Of a DNA stretch of 26,660 nt, positions 7,849 to 17,526 are shown in pieces (the first letter of the stretch is position 1; each line of letters starts with the position of its first letter). The stretch comes from Tolypothrix carrinoi HA7290-LM1 (GTDB lineage Bacteria > Cyanobacteriota > Cyanobacteriia > Cyanobacteriales > Nostocaceae). The stretch lies in the NCBI GenBank assembly GCA_019358935.1, contig JAHHIK010000113.1, forward strand, positions 1 to 26,660. The letters run 5' to 3'. The position numbers and the translations under genes were made by a program. The notes beneath the pieces were generated by a model. The model ran no database searches and was not told where the DNA came from. It was given only the letters and a program-made list of their open reading frames with translations.

Positions 7849-9009
7849 ATGCGAAAACACAGACTCTTTGGAGTCATCAGCGCTGTTTGCGTCATGCTTT
7901 CTATTCTCTATTCATTTAAAGGTGTATCCCAAACCCCTACATCAAAGGTACTATTAACAACGAATCCACCTTTAGAACGCATTCTTCCTTTTAGAGCGGC
8001 AACAACGAAACATCAAGAACCTGTCACCCTGACATTTCAAGCTTTAGATGCGGCAGGTAAGTCTATAAAAGATGCCAAAATTGGTTTAGAAATTCTCACC
8101 CCTAAGCGCACTCCCTTTTTGACAACAGATTTTCCGATTGTTGAAGAAACCAAATTGCTGAAGATGGAAACTGTTGTACGGGATGGAAAGTTGGAAATTC
8201 AGCAAATGTTACCAATTCGTGGGGAATATCAATTTAAGGTAAATGTTGCACCTTTGGCAGCTAATAGGTTTGCACCCTACGAACAAACATTGAGTCTAAG
8301 TGTACATGAGAACCCAGTGAAATTTAAGTATTTTGCTGCTGTTGCAGCGATTTTGCTCTTAGTGGGGCTATTAGGTGGTTTGGTGATTGGTGGACAACAG
8401 CAGTTAGAAGCTGGAGAAATTGCCCCGTATCGCGTGCGTCTGCTGTTGAGTGGATTGATTATTGTAGCGATCGCATCGCTTTTAGCAATTAATATTAGCG
8501 CAGAAATGGCAGAAGCTCACGGCAGTAATTCCGAACATTCCGCAGAGAAAGTTCTCCCTGCTACCTTGAACAGTCAAGGGTTAGAAGTTCGTTTAGAGGG
8601 AGATAAGGACGCAACTGTTGGTAAACTCGCTAACTATACCGTGCAAGTAAGCGATACTGCAACAAAACAACCTGTTAAAGATGTAGTATTGCAGGTGAAA
8701 GCGATCGCGTTGTCAGATAATTTACCAATGTTTGCTTTTAAAGCTATTCCCGATAGTAGTGGTAAATTAACTTGGCAAGAACAATTTTTCGATGGCGCAC
8801 CCCATAATGTTGAAGTAGAAGTTACTCCTCAAGGTGGTTCTAATCGTCAGCTTCAACCTGTGAAAGTAGCCCAGGAAGTCGAAGTTAAAGGGATTGCACC
8901 ACCGATTTATATCCGATTTATTAGCCTAGTTTATTTTACTGCTATTGTTGGTCTTGGTTTAGGAATTGGACTGTGGTTGCGACATGGTAAAACCCAACAA
9001 GCCGTGTAG
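7849..9009 (+). CDS. Hypothetical membrane protein with signal/anchor and two repeated beta-rich (YtkA/FixH-like) + TM modules
   Basis: Long ORF directly after cbtB (alternative start 7783) with hydrophobic segments and an internal repeat. Function is inferred only from context. Confidence 0.7.
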   Translation: MRKHRLFGVISAVCVMLSILYSFKGVSQTPTSKVLLTTNPPLERILPFRAATTKHQEPVTLTFQALDAAGKSIKDAKIGLEILTPKRTPFLTTDFPIVEETKLLKMETVVRDGKLEIQQMLPIRGEYQFKVNVAPLAANRFAPYEQTLSLSVHENPVKFKYFAAVAAILLLVGLLGGLVIGGQQQLEAGEIAPYRVRLLLSGLIIVAIASLLAINISAEMAEAHGSNSEHSAEKVLPATLNSQGLEVRLEGDKDATVGKLANYTVQVSDTATKQPVKDVVLQVKAIALSDNLPMFAFKAIPDSSGKLTWQEQFFDGAPHNVEVEVTPQGGSNRQLQPVKVAQEVEVKGIAPPIYIRFISLVYFTAIVGLGLGIGLWLRHGKTQQAV

Positions 9010-9019
9010 AGTTGGCTAA

Positions 9020-9625
9020 TCAGCGTTTTTTCATCAACCACACAGCGATTCCTAAGATTGCCAAACCTAAAATTATAGCTAGCGGCAATGTAAAAGTATT
9101 TCTCTCTCCATTTTCTTCCTTTTGTGTTGCGCTAGTTATTTTTTCTGGTGAAGATACTTTTGCTTTTGGTGTTGTTGCAGTTACACCCTGAGCTACCGTT
9201 ACATCATACTTTAACTGAAACCCTCGGAAATCCCCTTCAACCTTGGGCTTACAGCCTAACTCCAATTGATAAAGCCCTGTATTCGGGAAAACAATATCAG
9301 CACCGGGAATACCCTGATATTTATCCACGTTAACCGCTTGGACAGTCGGTTGTAAAACTGGTGAATCGCTTGCTTTGCGAGGCTGGGAGTAAACAGCCAT
9401 TTGACAATTCGCTTCTGCCAATGGCAAAATTTTTCCACCCTTGCGAGTCAATGCTACCCAAGCTCTCGCCTTTTCTCCCGCTTTCGGACTATGATTTGGT
9501 TCAATATGCCAAGTACCAGCCACATCCCCGGCTACCTGGATGTTGTGTGCCGTAGCCGGAGAGATTACAGAAGCGAAAATCACTATCCAGCCTAAGTTTT
9601 TACTGATACTTAATAGGTATGGCAT
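9020..9625 (-). CDS. Exported protein with N-terminal His after the signal peptide and a C-terminal TM anchor (putative metal-binding)
   Basis: Signal peptide ending ATA-H, then HNIQVAGDVAGTWHIEPNH, a Cys pair, a T/P/K-rich linker and a C-terminal hydrophobic helix followed by KKR. Confidence 0.75.
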   Translation of the reverse strand: MPYLLSISKNLGWIVIFASVISPATAHNIQVAGDVAGTWHIEPNHSPKAGEKARAWVALTRKGGKILPLAEANCQMAVYSQPRKASDSPVLQPTVQAVNVDKYQGIPGADIVFPNTGLYQLELGCKPKVEGDFRGFQLKYDVTVAQGVTATTPKAKVSSPEKITSATQKEENGERNTFTLPLAIILGLAILGIAVWLMKKR

Positions 9626-9941
9626 GGGTTTTTCTAGAATTATCTTATTAGGCGATCGCCTGAGTCAAAAGACAATCGGTCACAGTTTTTTACTTCTTCT
9701 AAGAAAATTATTCATATCCTTTTTATTGTCAATTACCTTTCAATGTTCGCAAGCTATCTTGAATTAAGAAAATTGCACTTCAACCCAGCAGCATAGCCAT
9801 AAACAAACTTGCTACAACATCGCTATATAACCAATACCAAAAATATATGAAAAAATCATCTTAAGTCATCATCTAGCTTATTAATACCTTTTTTAAATAT
9901 TGCATAACTACAATAATTATGACTTGAATATACGTAAATAA

Positions 9942-10346
9942 TTAAACATTTGAGTCCTCTAAACTTTCTGCTAAAGCGCGATAAAGATTGAGAATAGTAC
10001 CGTCTGCCAAACTATAGAAAATCTTCCTCCCTTCGCGGCGATATTTGACAAGACGTATCACTTTTAATAACCGCAGTTGATGACAAACTGCGGATTCGCT
10101 CATTTTTGTCAGTGCAGCTAAATCGCAAACGCACAACTCCTGCGAAGCTAAAGCCGACACCAGACGCAAGCGATTTGCATCCGACAGTACCCCAAAAACT
10201 TCCGCCATGTGCTGCGCCTTATCCATTGGCAAAAGTTGCGCCATTGAAGTACGCACATTATCTAAATGTACCAGATGGGTGTCGCACTTTGGGGGTTGGG
10301 AGTTTTTAGACGAATCTAAATTTTGCTGGGAAGCTTGTTTTTTCAT
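9942..10346 (-). CDS. aztR: SmtB/ArsR metal-sensing repressor, AztR-like (alpha3N site)
   Basis: CDTHLVHLDNVR...AEVFGVLSDANRLRL...ELCVCDLAALTKMSESAVCHQLRLL closely resembles Anabaena AztR. Divergent from the ATPase. Start ATG 10346. Confidence 0.85.
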   Translation of the reverse strand: MKKQASQQNLDSSKNSQPPKCDTHLVHLDNVRTSMAQLLPMDKAQHMAEVFGVLSDANRLRLVSALASQELCVCDLAALTKMSESAVCHQLRLLKVIRLVKYRREGRKIFYSLADGTILNLYRALAESLEDSNV

Positions 10347-10369
10347 AGTTTTTAACTTGAGGTCAGCAA

Positions 10370-10384
10370 TGATAATTATTCTTA
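10370..10384. promoter_or_regulatory. Zur-box-like sequence upstream of aztR
   Basis: TGATAATTATTCTTA versus consensus TGATAATNATTATCA (2 mismatches). Confidence 0.45.
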
Positions 10385-10418
10385 TTTTAGCAATCCATAA
10401 CAATAATTGAATAAATAT

Positions 10419-10444
10419 AATAGTTGAATTATTATTCAGATGTT
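10419..10444. promoter_or_regulatory. SmtB/AztR 12-2-12 operator
   Basis: AATAGTTGAATT-AT-TATTCAGATGTT with core TGAA-N6-TTCA, between aztR and aztA. Confidence 0.75.
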
Positions 10445-10494
10445 GTATTAGAATGTATGGCAAGGTCTTATATAAACTTTTTCATTTACTGGCT

Positions 10495-13035
10495 ATGAGT
10501 GAAAATTCTTCTCTCAAAACTCAGCAACTACAAGTTGCGGGTATGGATTGCGGAAGTTGCGCGAAGACGATTGAACTAGGTTTGCAGCAGTTAAAAGGAG
10601 TCACAGAAGCGTCAGTGAGCTTTGCTACAGGCAAAGTTAAAGTATCCTATGACGCGGCGCTTTTGAGTGAAAAAGCTGTTCATGACCAAATTAAAGCTTT
10701 AGGTTACACCGTTGAGCAAAGTCATGAGATAAATTCTCAAGTGCAGTATAAAGTTAATGACCATGACCACAAACATAGTCACGTTTATACTTCTGCTTGT
10801 GACAACAATCGTGACCACGACAACCATCATCAAGAAAACAACCACAACCGCGTTGACGTAATTTTTGCAAAAACTCTCCAAGCAAAAATTGGCGGGATGG
10901 ATTGCGGGAATTGTGCAAAGACTGTGGAAGTTGGTTTGCGCCAACTTGATGGTGTTGCTGACGTGTCGGTGAACTTTACAACAGAACGGCTACAATTAGC
11001 CTACAATCCGCAGCAAATCCAGGAAGAAACAATTTATGAGCGAATCAAAGCTTTAGGTTACACGGTTGACCAACTTGATGAGATTAATCCTGAACACGAT
11101 CATCACGAACACGCATCAAAAGCCCCCACACCAAAGCTGAAAGCCAACCCGTCAAATTGGAAATTCTGGATTGCTAATCGTCGGGGACAAAGCGTTATTT
11201 TTGCCGGGATTGGCTTAATTTTAGGCTTACTCGCTCAGTCTTTCAGCCTACCTATTTGGATAGGGCGGGCTTTTTACGGGATTGGAATTATTGTTGCAGG
11301 TTATCCAGTCGCACGGGCTGGTTTATTTGAGTTGCGCTTGCGTCGCGCAGACATGAATCTGTTAATGACCATTTCAGTGATTGGGGCGCTGATTTTGGGC
11401 GATTGGTTTGAAGGTGCGCTGGTTGTCTTTTTATTCTCTTTAGGGACAACGCTGCAAATTTTCAGCTTCGGTCGTACCCGCAATGCAATTCGCGCTTTGA
11501 TGGATTTGACTCCACCAACTGCAACTATAAAACGCAACGGTCAGGAAGTGACAGTGGATGTCGAAAGCATTCAAATTGGGGAAATTTTGACAATTCGCCC
11601 CGGACAGCGTGTAGCTTTGGATGGTGTAGTTGTTTCTGGTAACAGCGCTATTGACCAATCTCCCATTACTGGCGAATCAATACCCGAAGATAAAGCGCCT
11701 GGTGATACCGTTTACGCAGGGACGTTGAATCAAGGGGGATTTTTGGAAGTAAAAGTTACCCATCGAGTCAGCGACACTACTGTAGCGAAGATTATTCATT
11801 TAGTTGAAGATGCTCAAGAAAGTCGCGCGACTTCACAGCAGTGGGTAGATAAATTTGCAACTATTTATACACCAATTGTAATTTTGATTGCCTTTGCGAT
11901 CGCCTTAATTCCACCTTTGGTATTTGCTCAACCCTATGATGTTTGGCTGTATCGAGCGCTAGTGATGCTGGTAATCGGTTGTCCTTGCTCTTTAGTAATT
12001 TCCACTCCAGTTTCTATTGTCAGTGCCATTGGTGCAGCTACTCGTCAAGGAGTCTTATTTAAAGGCGGTCATGCGTTGGAAACAGCAGGACGTTTGAATA
12101 CGCTTGCTTTTGATAAAACTGGTACAATTACACAGGGGTTACCCGTTGTCCAAAAGGTTTACAACTTCGGCGAAATCAGTTCAAACCAGATTTTTCAGAT
12201 TGCAGCATCTTTAGAACAGCAATCAGAACATCCTTTAGGGAAAGCGATTGTAAGTAGTGCAAAAAATAAAGGAATCGATTTACAGACACCCTCTAACTTT
12301 AAATCATTCCCAGGACAAGGAATTAAAGCAACATTAAACAACCAAACTTACATAGTTGGCAACCGTCGTTTGTTTAAGCAGGTTGGGATTTCAATATCAA
12401 AAGAAGCCGAATCTTTGTTAGCGCAAATCGATCAACTCGGACAAACCCCTGTTTTGGTGGGAACCGAAAAAGAATTTTTGGGAGCAGTGGCACTGGCTGA
12501 TGGTTTAAGGTTAGAAGCAACGGAAGCCATACACCAATTAAAGCAGGCTGGGTTAAAGCAGTTGGTAATGCTGACGGGAGATAGAAGTGCGATCGCACTT
12601 CAAATTGCTCAACAAGTTAATATTACTGAGTATCGTGCCGAGCTGTTGCCAGAAGATAAACTGACGGAAATTCAACAACTTCGCCGTACTGGTGTTGTCG
12701 GGATGGTGGGAGATGGTATAAATGATGCCCCAGCTTTGGCGGCGGCAGATATTAGCTTTGCGGTGGGTGGAATTGATATTGCACTGGAAACAGCAGATGT
12801 AGTGTTGGTAGGAAGTGACTTAAGACGGTTAGCTACGGCTGTTGATTTGAGTCGTCGTACTGTGTCGGTGATTCAGCAAAATGTCGTCTTTTCCCTGGTA
12901 ACAAAAGGACTATTTTTATTGCTAGGGACTTTTGGTTTTGTGGGGTTAGCGGTTGCGGTTTTAGCAGATACGGGAAGTTCGCTGCTGGTGACAGCTAATG
13001 GGATGCGGTTATTTCGGGTTAGGGGGAAAAAGTAA
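10495..13035 (+). CDS. aztA: Zn/Cd/Pb-translocating P1B-type ATPase with two HMA domains and His-rich linkers
   Basis: GMDCGSC and GMDCGNC, TGES, CPC, DKTGT, SEHPL, GDGINDAP. Start ATG 10495. Confidence 0.92.
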   Translation: MSENSSLKTQQLQVAGMDCGSCAKTIELGLQQLKGVTEASVSFATGKVKVSYDAALLSEKAVHDQIKALGYTVEQSHEINSQVQYKVNDHDHKHSHVYTSACDNNRDHDNHHQENNHNRVDVIFAKTLQAKIGGMDCGNCAKTVEVGLRQLDGVADVSVNFTTERLQLAYNPQQIQEETIYERIKALGYTVDQLDEINPEHDHHEHASKAPTPKLKANPSNWKFWIANRRGQSVIFAGIGLILGLLAQSFSLPIWIGRAFYGIGIIVAGYPVARAGLFELRLRRADMNLLMTISVIGALILGDWFEGALVVFLFSLGTTLQIFSFGRTRNAIRALMDLTPPTATIKRNGQEVTVDVESIQIGEILTIRPGQRVALDGVVVSGNSAIDQSPITGESIPEDKAPGDTVYAGTLNQGGFLEVKVTHRVSDTTVAKIIHLVEDAQESRATSQQWVDKFATIYTPIVILIAFAIALIPPLVFAQPYDVWLYRALVMLVIGCPCSLVISTPVSIVSAIGAATRQGVLFKGGHALETAGRLNTLAFDKTGTITQGLPVVQKVYNFGEISSNQIFQIAASLEQQSEHPLGKAIVSSAKNKGIDLQTPSNFKSFPGQGIKATLNNQTYIVGNRRLFKQVGISISKEAESLLAQIDQLGQTPVLVGTEKEFLGAVALADGLRLEATEAIHQLKQAGLKQLVMLTGDRSAIALQIAQQVNITEYRAELLPEDKLTEIQQLRRTGVVGMVGDGINDAPALAAADISFAVGGIDIALETADVVLVGSDLRRLATAVDLSRRTVSVIQQNVVFSLVTKGLFLLLGTFGFVGLAVAVLADTGSSLLVTANGMRLFRVRGKK

Positions 13036-13078
13036 ATTAGGCAACGGACTAACGGATAAAAAGCCGGGACATAAAGCT

Positions 13079-14074
13079 CTATACAATGGATTTTCCCAAC
13101 CCAATTGTAGCGATTCGAGCTTTCAAAACAGACATATTACTTTCATCAATGCTGAAATTAAAAACCATTACTCTCTCCGGATGGGGGTTATACTGACATA
13201 CATAGTCTTCAACTACTTTTGAAACGCAAACAAGCTCAAATTGTGATAATAGTTGAGGATTTTGCTCAAGACCCTTTAATTCTATTGTTTGAAAACTTAT
13301 ATGAGAAATGCCAGCCTGCACTAGAATCCGTTTCATATCCTCGCTATCAGTTTCTGAACAACTAACAAGTAGTACCTTTGTGTTGCGAGGTTTTGATGAA
13401 ATTTGTGTTAAAAGTTCTAGATCTGGCTTGATATTGATGGAAATTACTTCCTGTTCAGGAGCAGTTAATTGAATAACCTCCCATTGATGTTGCGCTGTAG
13501 TAATTACAAGGTCAGCAGCTAATATTTCTTGTAATGTGTTTGCCTTACTAGGATTTAGGTCTGACAAACGAAGAAATGATAAAGGAATTTTTATTTCTGA
13601 TTTGATGGCTTCATATATATCTGCGCTCTGATGCGAACATCCGACAAATACTAACTTTAAGGAAGTAGAGGAATACCGATTTAACATCACTGCTTGTGCA
13701 TAAGCGGCTCCAGCAAATTCAGATGCAGATAATCCGATTATTGCCGCAGCACTAAAAGCTTGACCTAGTAAATTATAGAATTGTTTGTTAGTAATAATAT
13801 TTCGTACAACTTGGGTATTAGCGACGAAAGTTCCTTTACCTCTTTGGGCTATTAGATAGTCGTCAGATATTAAATCGTTATAGACTGCTGCAAGGGTATT
13901 GTGGTTGACACCTACTTGTTTGGCTAATTGAGTAACAGTTGGTAAAGCATCACCTGGCTGTAGCTCTCCCATAGCAATTAATAGTTTAATTTGTTCAGCA
14001 ATCTGGGCATTAATTGTTATTGGCGCTGAGGGATTGACAACAATGGGAAGAAAATCCGGAACAGGCATTATCAT
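13079..14074 (-). CDS. GntR family regulator with long C-terminal domain (PlmA-like architecture)
   Basis: QIAEQIKLLIAMGELQPGDALPTVTQLA...VNHNTLAAVYNDL...RGKGTFV, 331 aa. Confidence 0.85.
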   Translation of the reverse strand: MIMPVPDFLPIVVNPSAPITINAQIAEQIKLLIAMGELQPGDALPTVTQLAKQVGVNHNTLAAVYNDLISDDYLIAQRGKGTFVANTQVVRNIITNKQFYNLLGQAFSAAAIIGLSASEFAGAAYAQAVMLNRYSSTSLKLVFVGCSHQSADIYEAIKSEIKIPLSFLRLSDLNPSKANTLQEILAADLVITTAQHQWEVIQLTAPEQEVISINIKPDLELLTQISSKPRNTKVLLVSCSETDSEDMKRILVQAGISHISFQTIELKGLEQNPQLLSQFELVCVSKVVEDYVCQYNPHPERVMVFNFSIDESNMSVLKARIATIGLGKSIV

Positions 14075-14596
14075 CTATCTCGATAGGCAAAACTTATTGT
14101 ACATATTTTCGGAAAATTATAATTAGATAAGTTAAATATTATAAAAAAAGCATTCAACAAAATGAGTATCTAGAAATTTACAAGTATTGGATACTTACAA
14201 GAAGTTACTGAACTTTCGAGCAGGTTATTTGCCAATCGTGATTCAGCAATACAAGAAAACATCCAGAGTCTTCCTACATATTTTTCTTCTAACCATTGCG
14301 GCTGCGAATTAAATCAAATATTCGACCATCCTTTAATTGAATAGTGTCATGAATCTCCAAATGCTGCTGCATATATATCTGCTGAACCAATGAAAAAAAA
14401 GCTTTTGGGATATTCAAATTCAGTAGACCGAAAACTTTTGCGATCGCTTTGGATGACAGTCTCAAAACCAGACTTTTACCGAAAAAACTGTATTTTTAAA
14501 TACATTTTTTCCCAAATCTCTCTTGGAATAAATCATAAGTGAAGCTAATCAATAAACGGGTACGGAAACTTTGAATTCTCCTGCAATGCATATCAT

Positions 14597-14628
14597 GTTG
14601 GAATATTTTTTCTAAAAAATATTCCAAC
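14597..14628. repeat. Perfect 15-2-15 inverted repeat
   Basis: GTTGGAATATTTTTT-CT-AAAAAATATTCCAAC. Confidence 0.9.
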
Positions 14629-14908
14629 GAAGCATCAGGCACATCCTAGAATTAATGTCAAAATTATAACTATAAATTGGCGTGTCATACGCCCCCTAAC
14701 AAAGTCTGCTATCAATTCAAATCTTCATTCAATAGCAACAAGCAGTCATTTGAAATGAGCCGAAAATCATGAGTAATTTTTAAAACTTTTATATTTATAA
14801 GTGTCAATTTTCTACGTAAGGTGCAAGACAACTTCCTCCGAATACCTGATAGCCATCGCCAAATGCACAAATATTTGTTGAACGCAGGTGTTTATTGATA
14901 ATGTGACT

Positions 14909-15090
14909 ATGAGATTATTAAGTACGTTTGATGAATCGGGACTACTTCCAAGCACTGGACAAAGAGAAATTAGTGGAAGTAGCGCTTAATCTCCATAGTC
15001 TTGCAGTCAAGCAGTTAGAAAGATTAGAGCAAAATTCTCATGCGGAGTTCCAAACCCCCATCATCAGATAGTCCCTATCAAGCACAAACG
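14909..15090 (+). mobile_element. IS66-family transposase N-terminal remnant (frameshifted)
   Basis: MNRDYFQALDKEKLVEVALNLHSLAVKQLERLEQNSH / SSKPPSSDSPY. The NSxxSSKPPSSD motif is typical of IS66 transposase N-termini. No catalytic domain follows. Confidence 0.65.
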
Positions 15091-15267
15091 TAACTTTTTA
15101 CTCTCCCCCTCTCAACAAAAGTTAAGAAGCAGCAGGAATGGGTAGGGTAAAATACCCTTGGGGCAAGCTTACAGATGGCTAAATTCACTTTCGGATTTAG
15201 CTGTTTGAGCAATTATAAACTAATGTCTGCTAACGCAGACCAAGCAGATGATGATGCTTGGTCTGCT

Positions 15268-15535
15268 ATGTACGTTTATCTGTTGCACTTTAACAAACCA
15301 ATAAATCCAAATCGACCAACACAACATTATTTAGGGTTTACCAAAGACTTAGACGAACGCATTAGAGAACACAGAAAATGTTGCATGCGCTCGTTTAACC
15401 CAAGTTGCTTTGACTCGGAAAATCTCTTTCAAAGTTGCTGAGGTTTGTCGAGGCGATCGCTCGCTAGAAAAACAGCTAAAACGGCAGAAAAATCATCGTC
15501 GTTTTTGTCCCATAAAGTACAAGCCGTTTCTTTAA
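15268..15535 (+). pseudogene. Small GIY-YIG-like nuclease, +1 frameshift
   Basis: MYVYLLHFNKPINPNRPTQHYLGFTKDLDERIREHRK continues in the +1 frame as ARLTQVALTRKISFKVAEVCRGDRSLEKQLKRQKNHRRFCPI. Shift near 15380-15388. Confidence 0.7.
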
Positions 15536-16095
15536 AAGAGAAAGAATTTAACATGAAAATTATACAAGTTAAATCTCTCCAAGAAATCGAACGAGATTGA
15601 TTGCTCAACAATTAGGTTGGGTTAAATCCTCATTTGAGTCTGAATGCAGCCAGTTCACCCCTGGTGCTCAATGGAATTATAGCACTGACTGGTACACCAT
15701 CAACATTGAACTTCTGTTTCCACTCTTATGTAGTGGAAGCTCTTGGAGAACAGGAGTAGATAGATAACCATTACCAATGGTGTGCAGAAAATGGCGGCGC
15801 ACTGAGGTTCAGCAGTAATTGGGATGACACAGAACTGAATCTCAGAAAAAGACCCATGACAAGCGAAAGCCGGGAGGTAGCAATAAGTCTGGGGGTAAGA
15901 GAAAGGGAAAGATAAACTTAACTGTTGGTCAAGTTCCACTTGAACGAGTAGAAATGAAGGTTACAAACATAGGAACAGTCACCGTGGTTCCATAACTGAT
16001 GATGGTAATGATTTTATAAGTTATTACCAGTTTTTATCAGGTTTTAAGTAGGTGTGCGAGCTATTTCCTGTTTTTCTCCGCGTCTTGATTCTCCT

Positions 16096-16540
16096 ATGCT
16101 TTTGAGAGAGGGAATGATAGTCAAGCCCCCGCCGCGCCATAAAGATTTAGCGCAAAGTGGCGGTCGCATTGTTAAAGTTAAAGACGCAAGTGTTAATGTG
16201 GCTTTGAGGAATATGAAAACAATGCGTATGGAAGTTTATACCTAATAAACACTCGGAAATACCCTTACCTCACGTTGAGGAACTTTGTGCTGATGTTAAA
16301 GCAAGGATAGACCTTTTGTATGCTAAACCAGATTTACATCCAACTCATGCTCAGATGCTTAATATACTCAAGCAGCCTGTTTACCTTAATCCTGAAGAAC
16401 TGGCAGTGTTAGAATTTTTTGAACAATATTATGCTGCTAGGAACGCTCTCGATACTCGTGATTTGCTGTTATTAGAATCACGTCAACAACCTAGCACTGA
16501 CTGCCTCCGGCAGTACAGTGTGGGCTTGAGTGCGACTTAA
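16096..16540 (+). pseudogene. Frameshifted ~147-aa protein paralogous to the C-terminal domain of the neighbouring ParB-like protein
   Basis: Removing one A at 16244-16245 fuses ORFs 16054-16245 and 16316-16540. By-eye alignment to the last ~140 aa of 17527-18711. Confidence 0.7.
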
Positions 16541-17016
16541 GCTCCCGCTGTTTCTCTTTCGTACTGTTCTAGCAGTCGCCCTATACTCCGAGGTGATATG
16601 TCTGAAACAATTCCTTTACTTACTGCTTCGGTGGCAATCAGCTCATTATACGCATGCCGCGAGCGATCGCCTCTTTCTCTCCTGGTACCAATTTCAATGA
16701 TTTTGTTTATTTGGGGCTGTTTACACTTTTTAGGCCTACCCATTCCTGCCCCTAGTGTTTCTTCAATTTTTTCAATGGCTTCAACCCAAGATTCCGCTAC
16801 AGTAGTATGTGAATTCCACGCTTTTCTCCATTTCACTACCGAGCTGGGGCTGATCCCCATTTCTCTGCTTATTTTTGCAGTGGTTTCTTCTGCTTGCGAT
16901 CTCAGCAGCACTTGTGCCTTAGTGGCAACTAGCTTATTACCCGTTGTTAGTACGTGTACAAGGGCTTTTTTCTCTATATCTGTTATTTTTACTGAAGTAG
17001 CTTTAGGACCTGGCAT
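16537..17016 (-). CDS. Helix-turn-helix protein resembling the IS630 transposase DNA-binding N-terminus, no DDE domain
   Basis: MPGPKATSVKIT..EKKAL...KAQVLL...KISREMGISPSSVVKWRKAW...GRPKK...EAVSKGIVSDISPRSIGRLL. Confidence 0.7.
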   Translation of the reverse strand: MPGPKATSVKITDIEKKALVHVLTTGNKLVATKAQVLLRSQAEETTAKISREMGISPSSVVKWRKAWNSHTTVAESWVEAIEKIEETLGAGMGRPKKCKQPQINKIIEIGTRRERGDRSRHAYNELIATEAVSKGIVSDISPRSIGRLLEQYERETAGA

Positions 17017-17100
17017 CTTTTATCTACTTCCCATCCTTACGAACTTTTGCCAAAAAATTATTTACGTGTTATAGTCTTTTCATATAAATATTCTCTCACT

Positions 17101-17132
17101 CCTTAAGACCTTGTTGCAGCAAGGTCTTAAGG
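17101..17132. repeat. 13-6-13 perfect inverted repeat in the HTH/parB divergent region
   Basis: CCTTAAGACCTTG-TTGCAG-CAAGGTCTTAAGG. Confidence 0.9.
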
Positions 17133-17526
17133 GACAAAACAATCCAACCTGTTACGAGCAGGCTGGACAGATGCTTCTTGAGTTTTTTCATTGAGTCAAT
17201 CATAACATGAATTTACCTCTCTATACACGTCTATCTTTTGATAGATGTCTTATATCCCCCAATTGGTACTTTGCAGATTCATTAATCATACTTAACTTTT
17301 TCAATGTAATTGTATATACATTTACACCAAAGTTTACTTATTTCCATAGGGTACATACAATAAACCTGTGGTCTTAAAGAAACTTAAGAATTTAGGCATT
17401 TGGGTCAAATTTAATTTCCTAAATGCTTTTTTGGTATGGGTTTGAGCATTTTGAGGACAAGTTATTCAAGGCAGTGAGAGTTTAGTTGTGTTCGATATAT
17501 GCCTTTAAAGATGTCCGAGTGTAAAT

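Noticed and set aside
10347..10494. N-terminal extensions of aztR (to 10463) and aztA (from 10453)
   Set aside because: They would overlap each other and the operator. Family-like sequence begins at 10346 and 10495.
16537..17016. Complete IS630 element
   Set aside because: No DDE-domain ORF or terminal inverted repeats were seen.
16598..17074. 158-aa + strand ORF
   Set aside because: Antisense to the HTH gene, with Ser/Leu-rich shadow composition.
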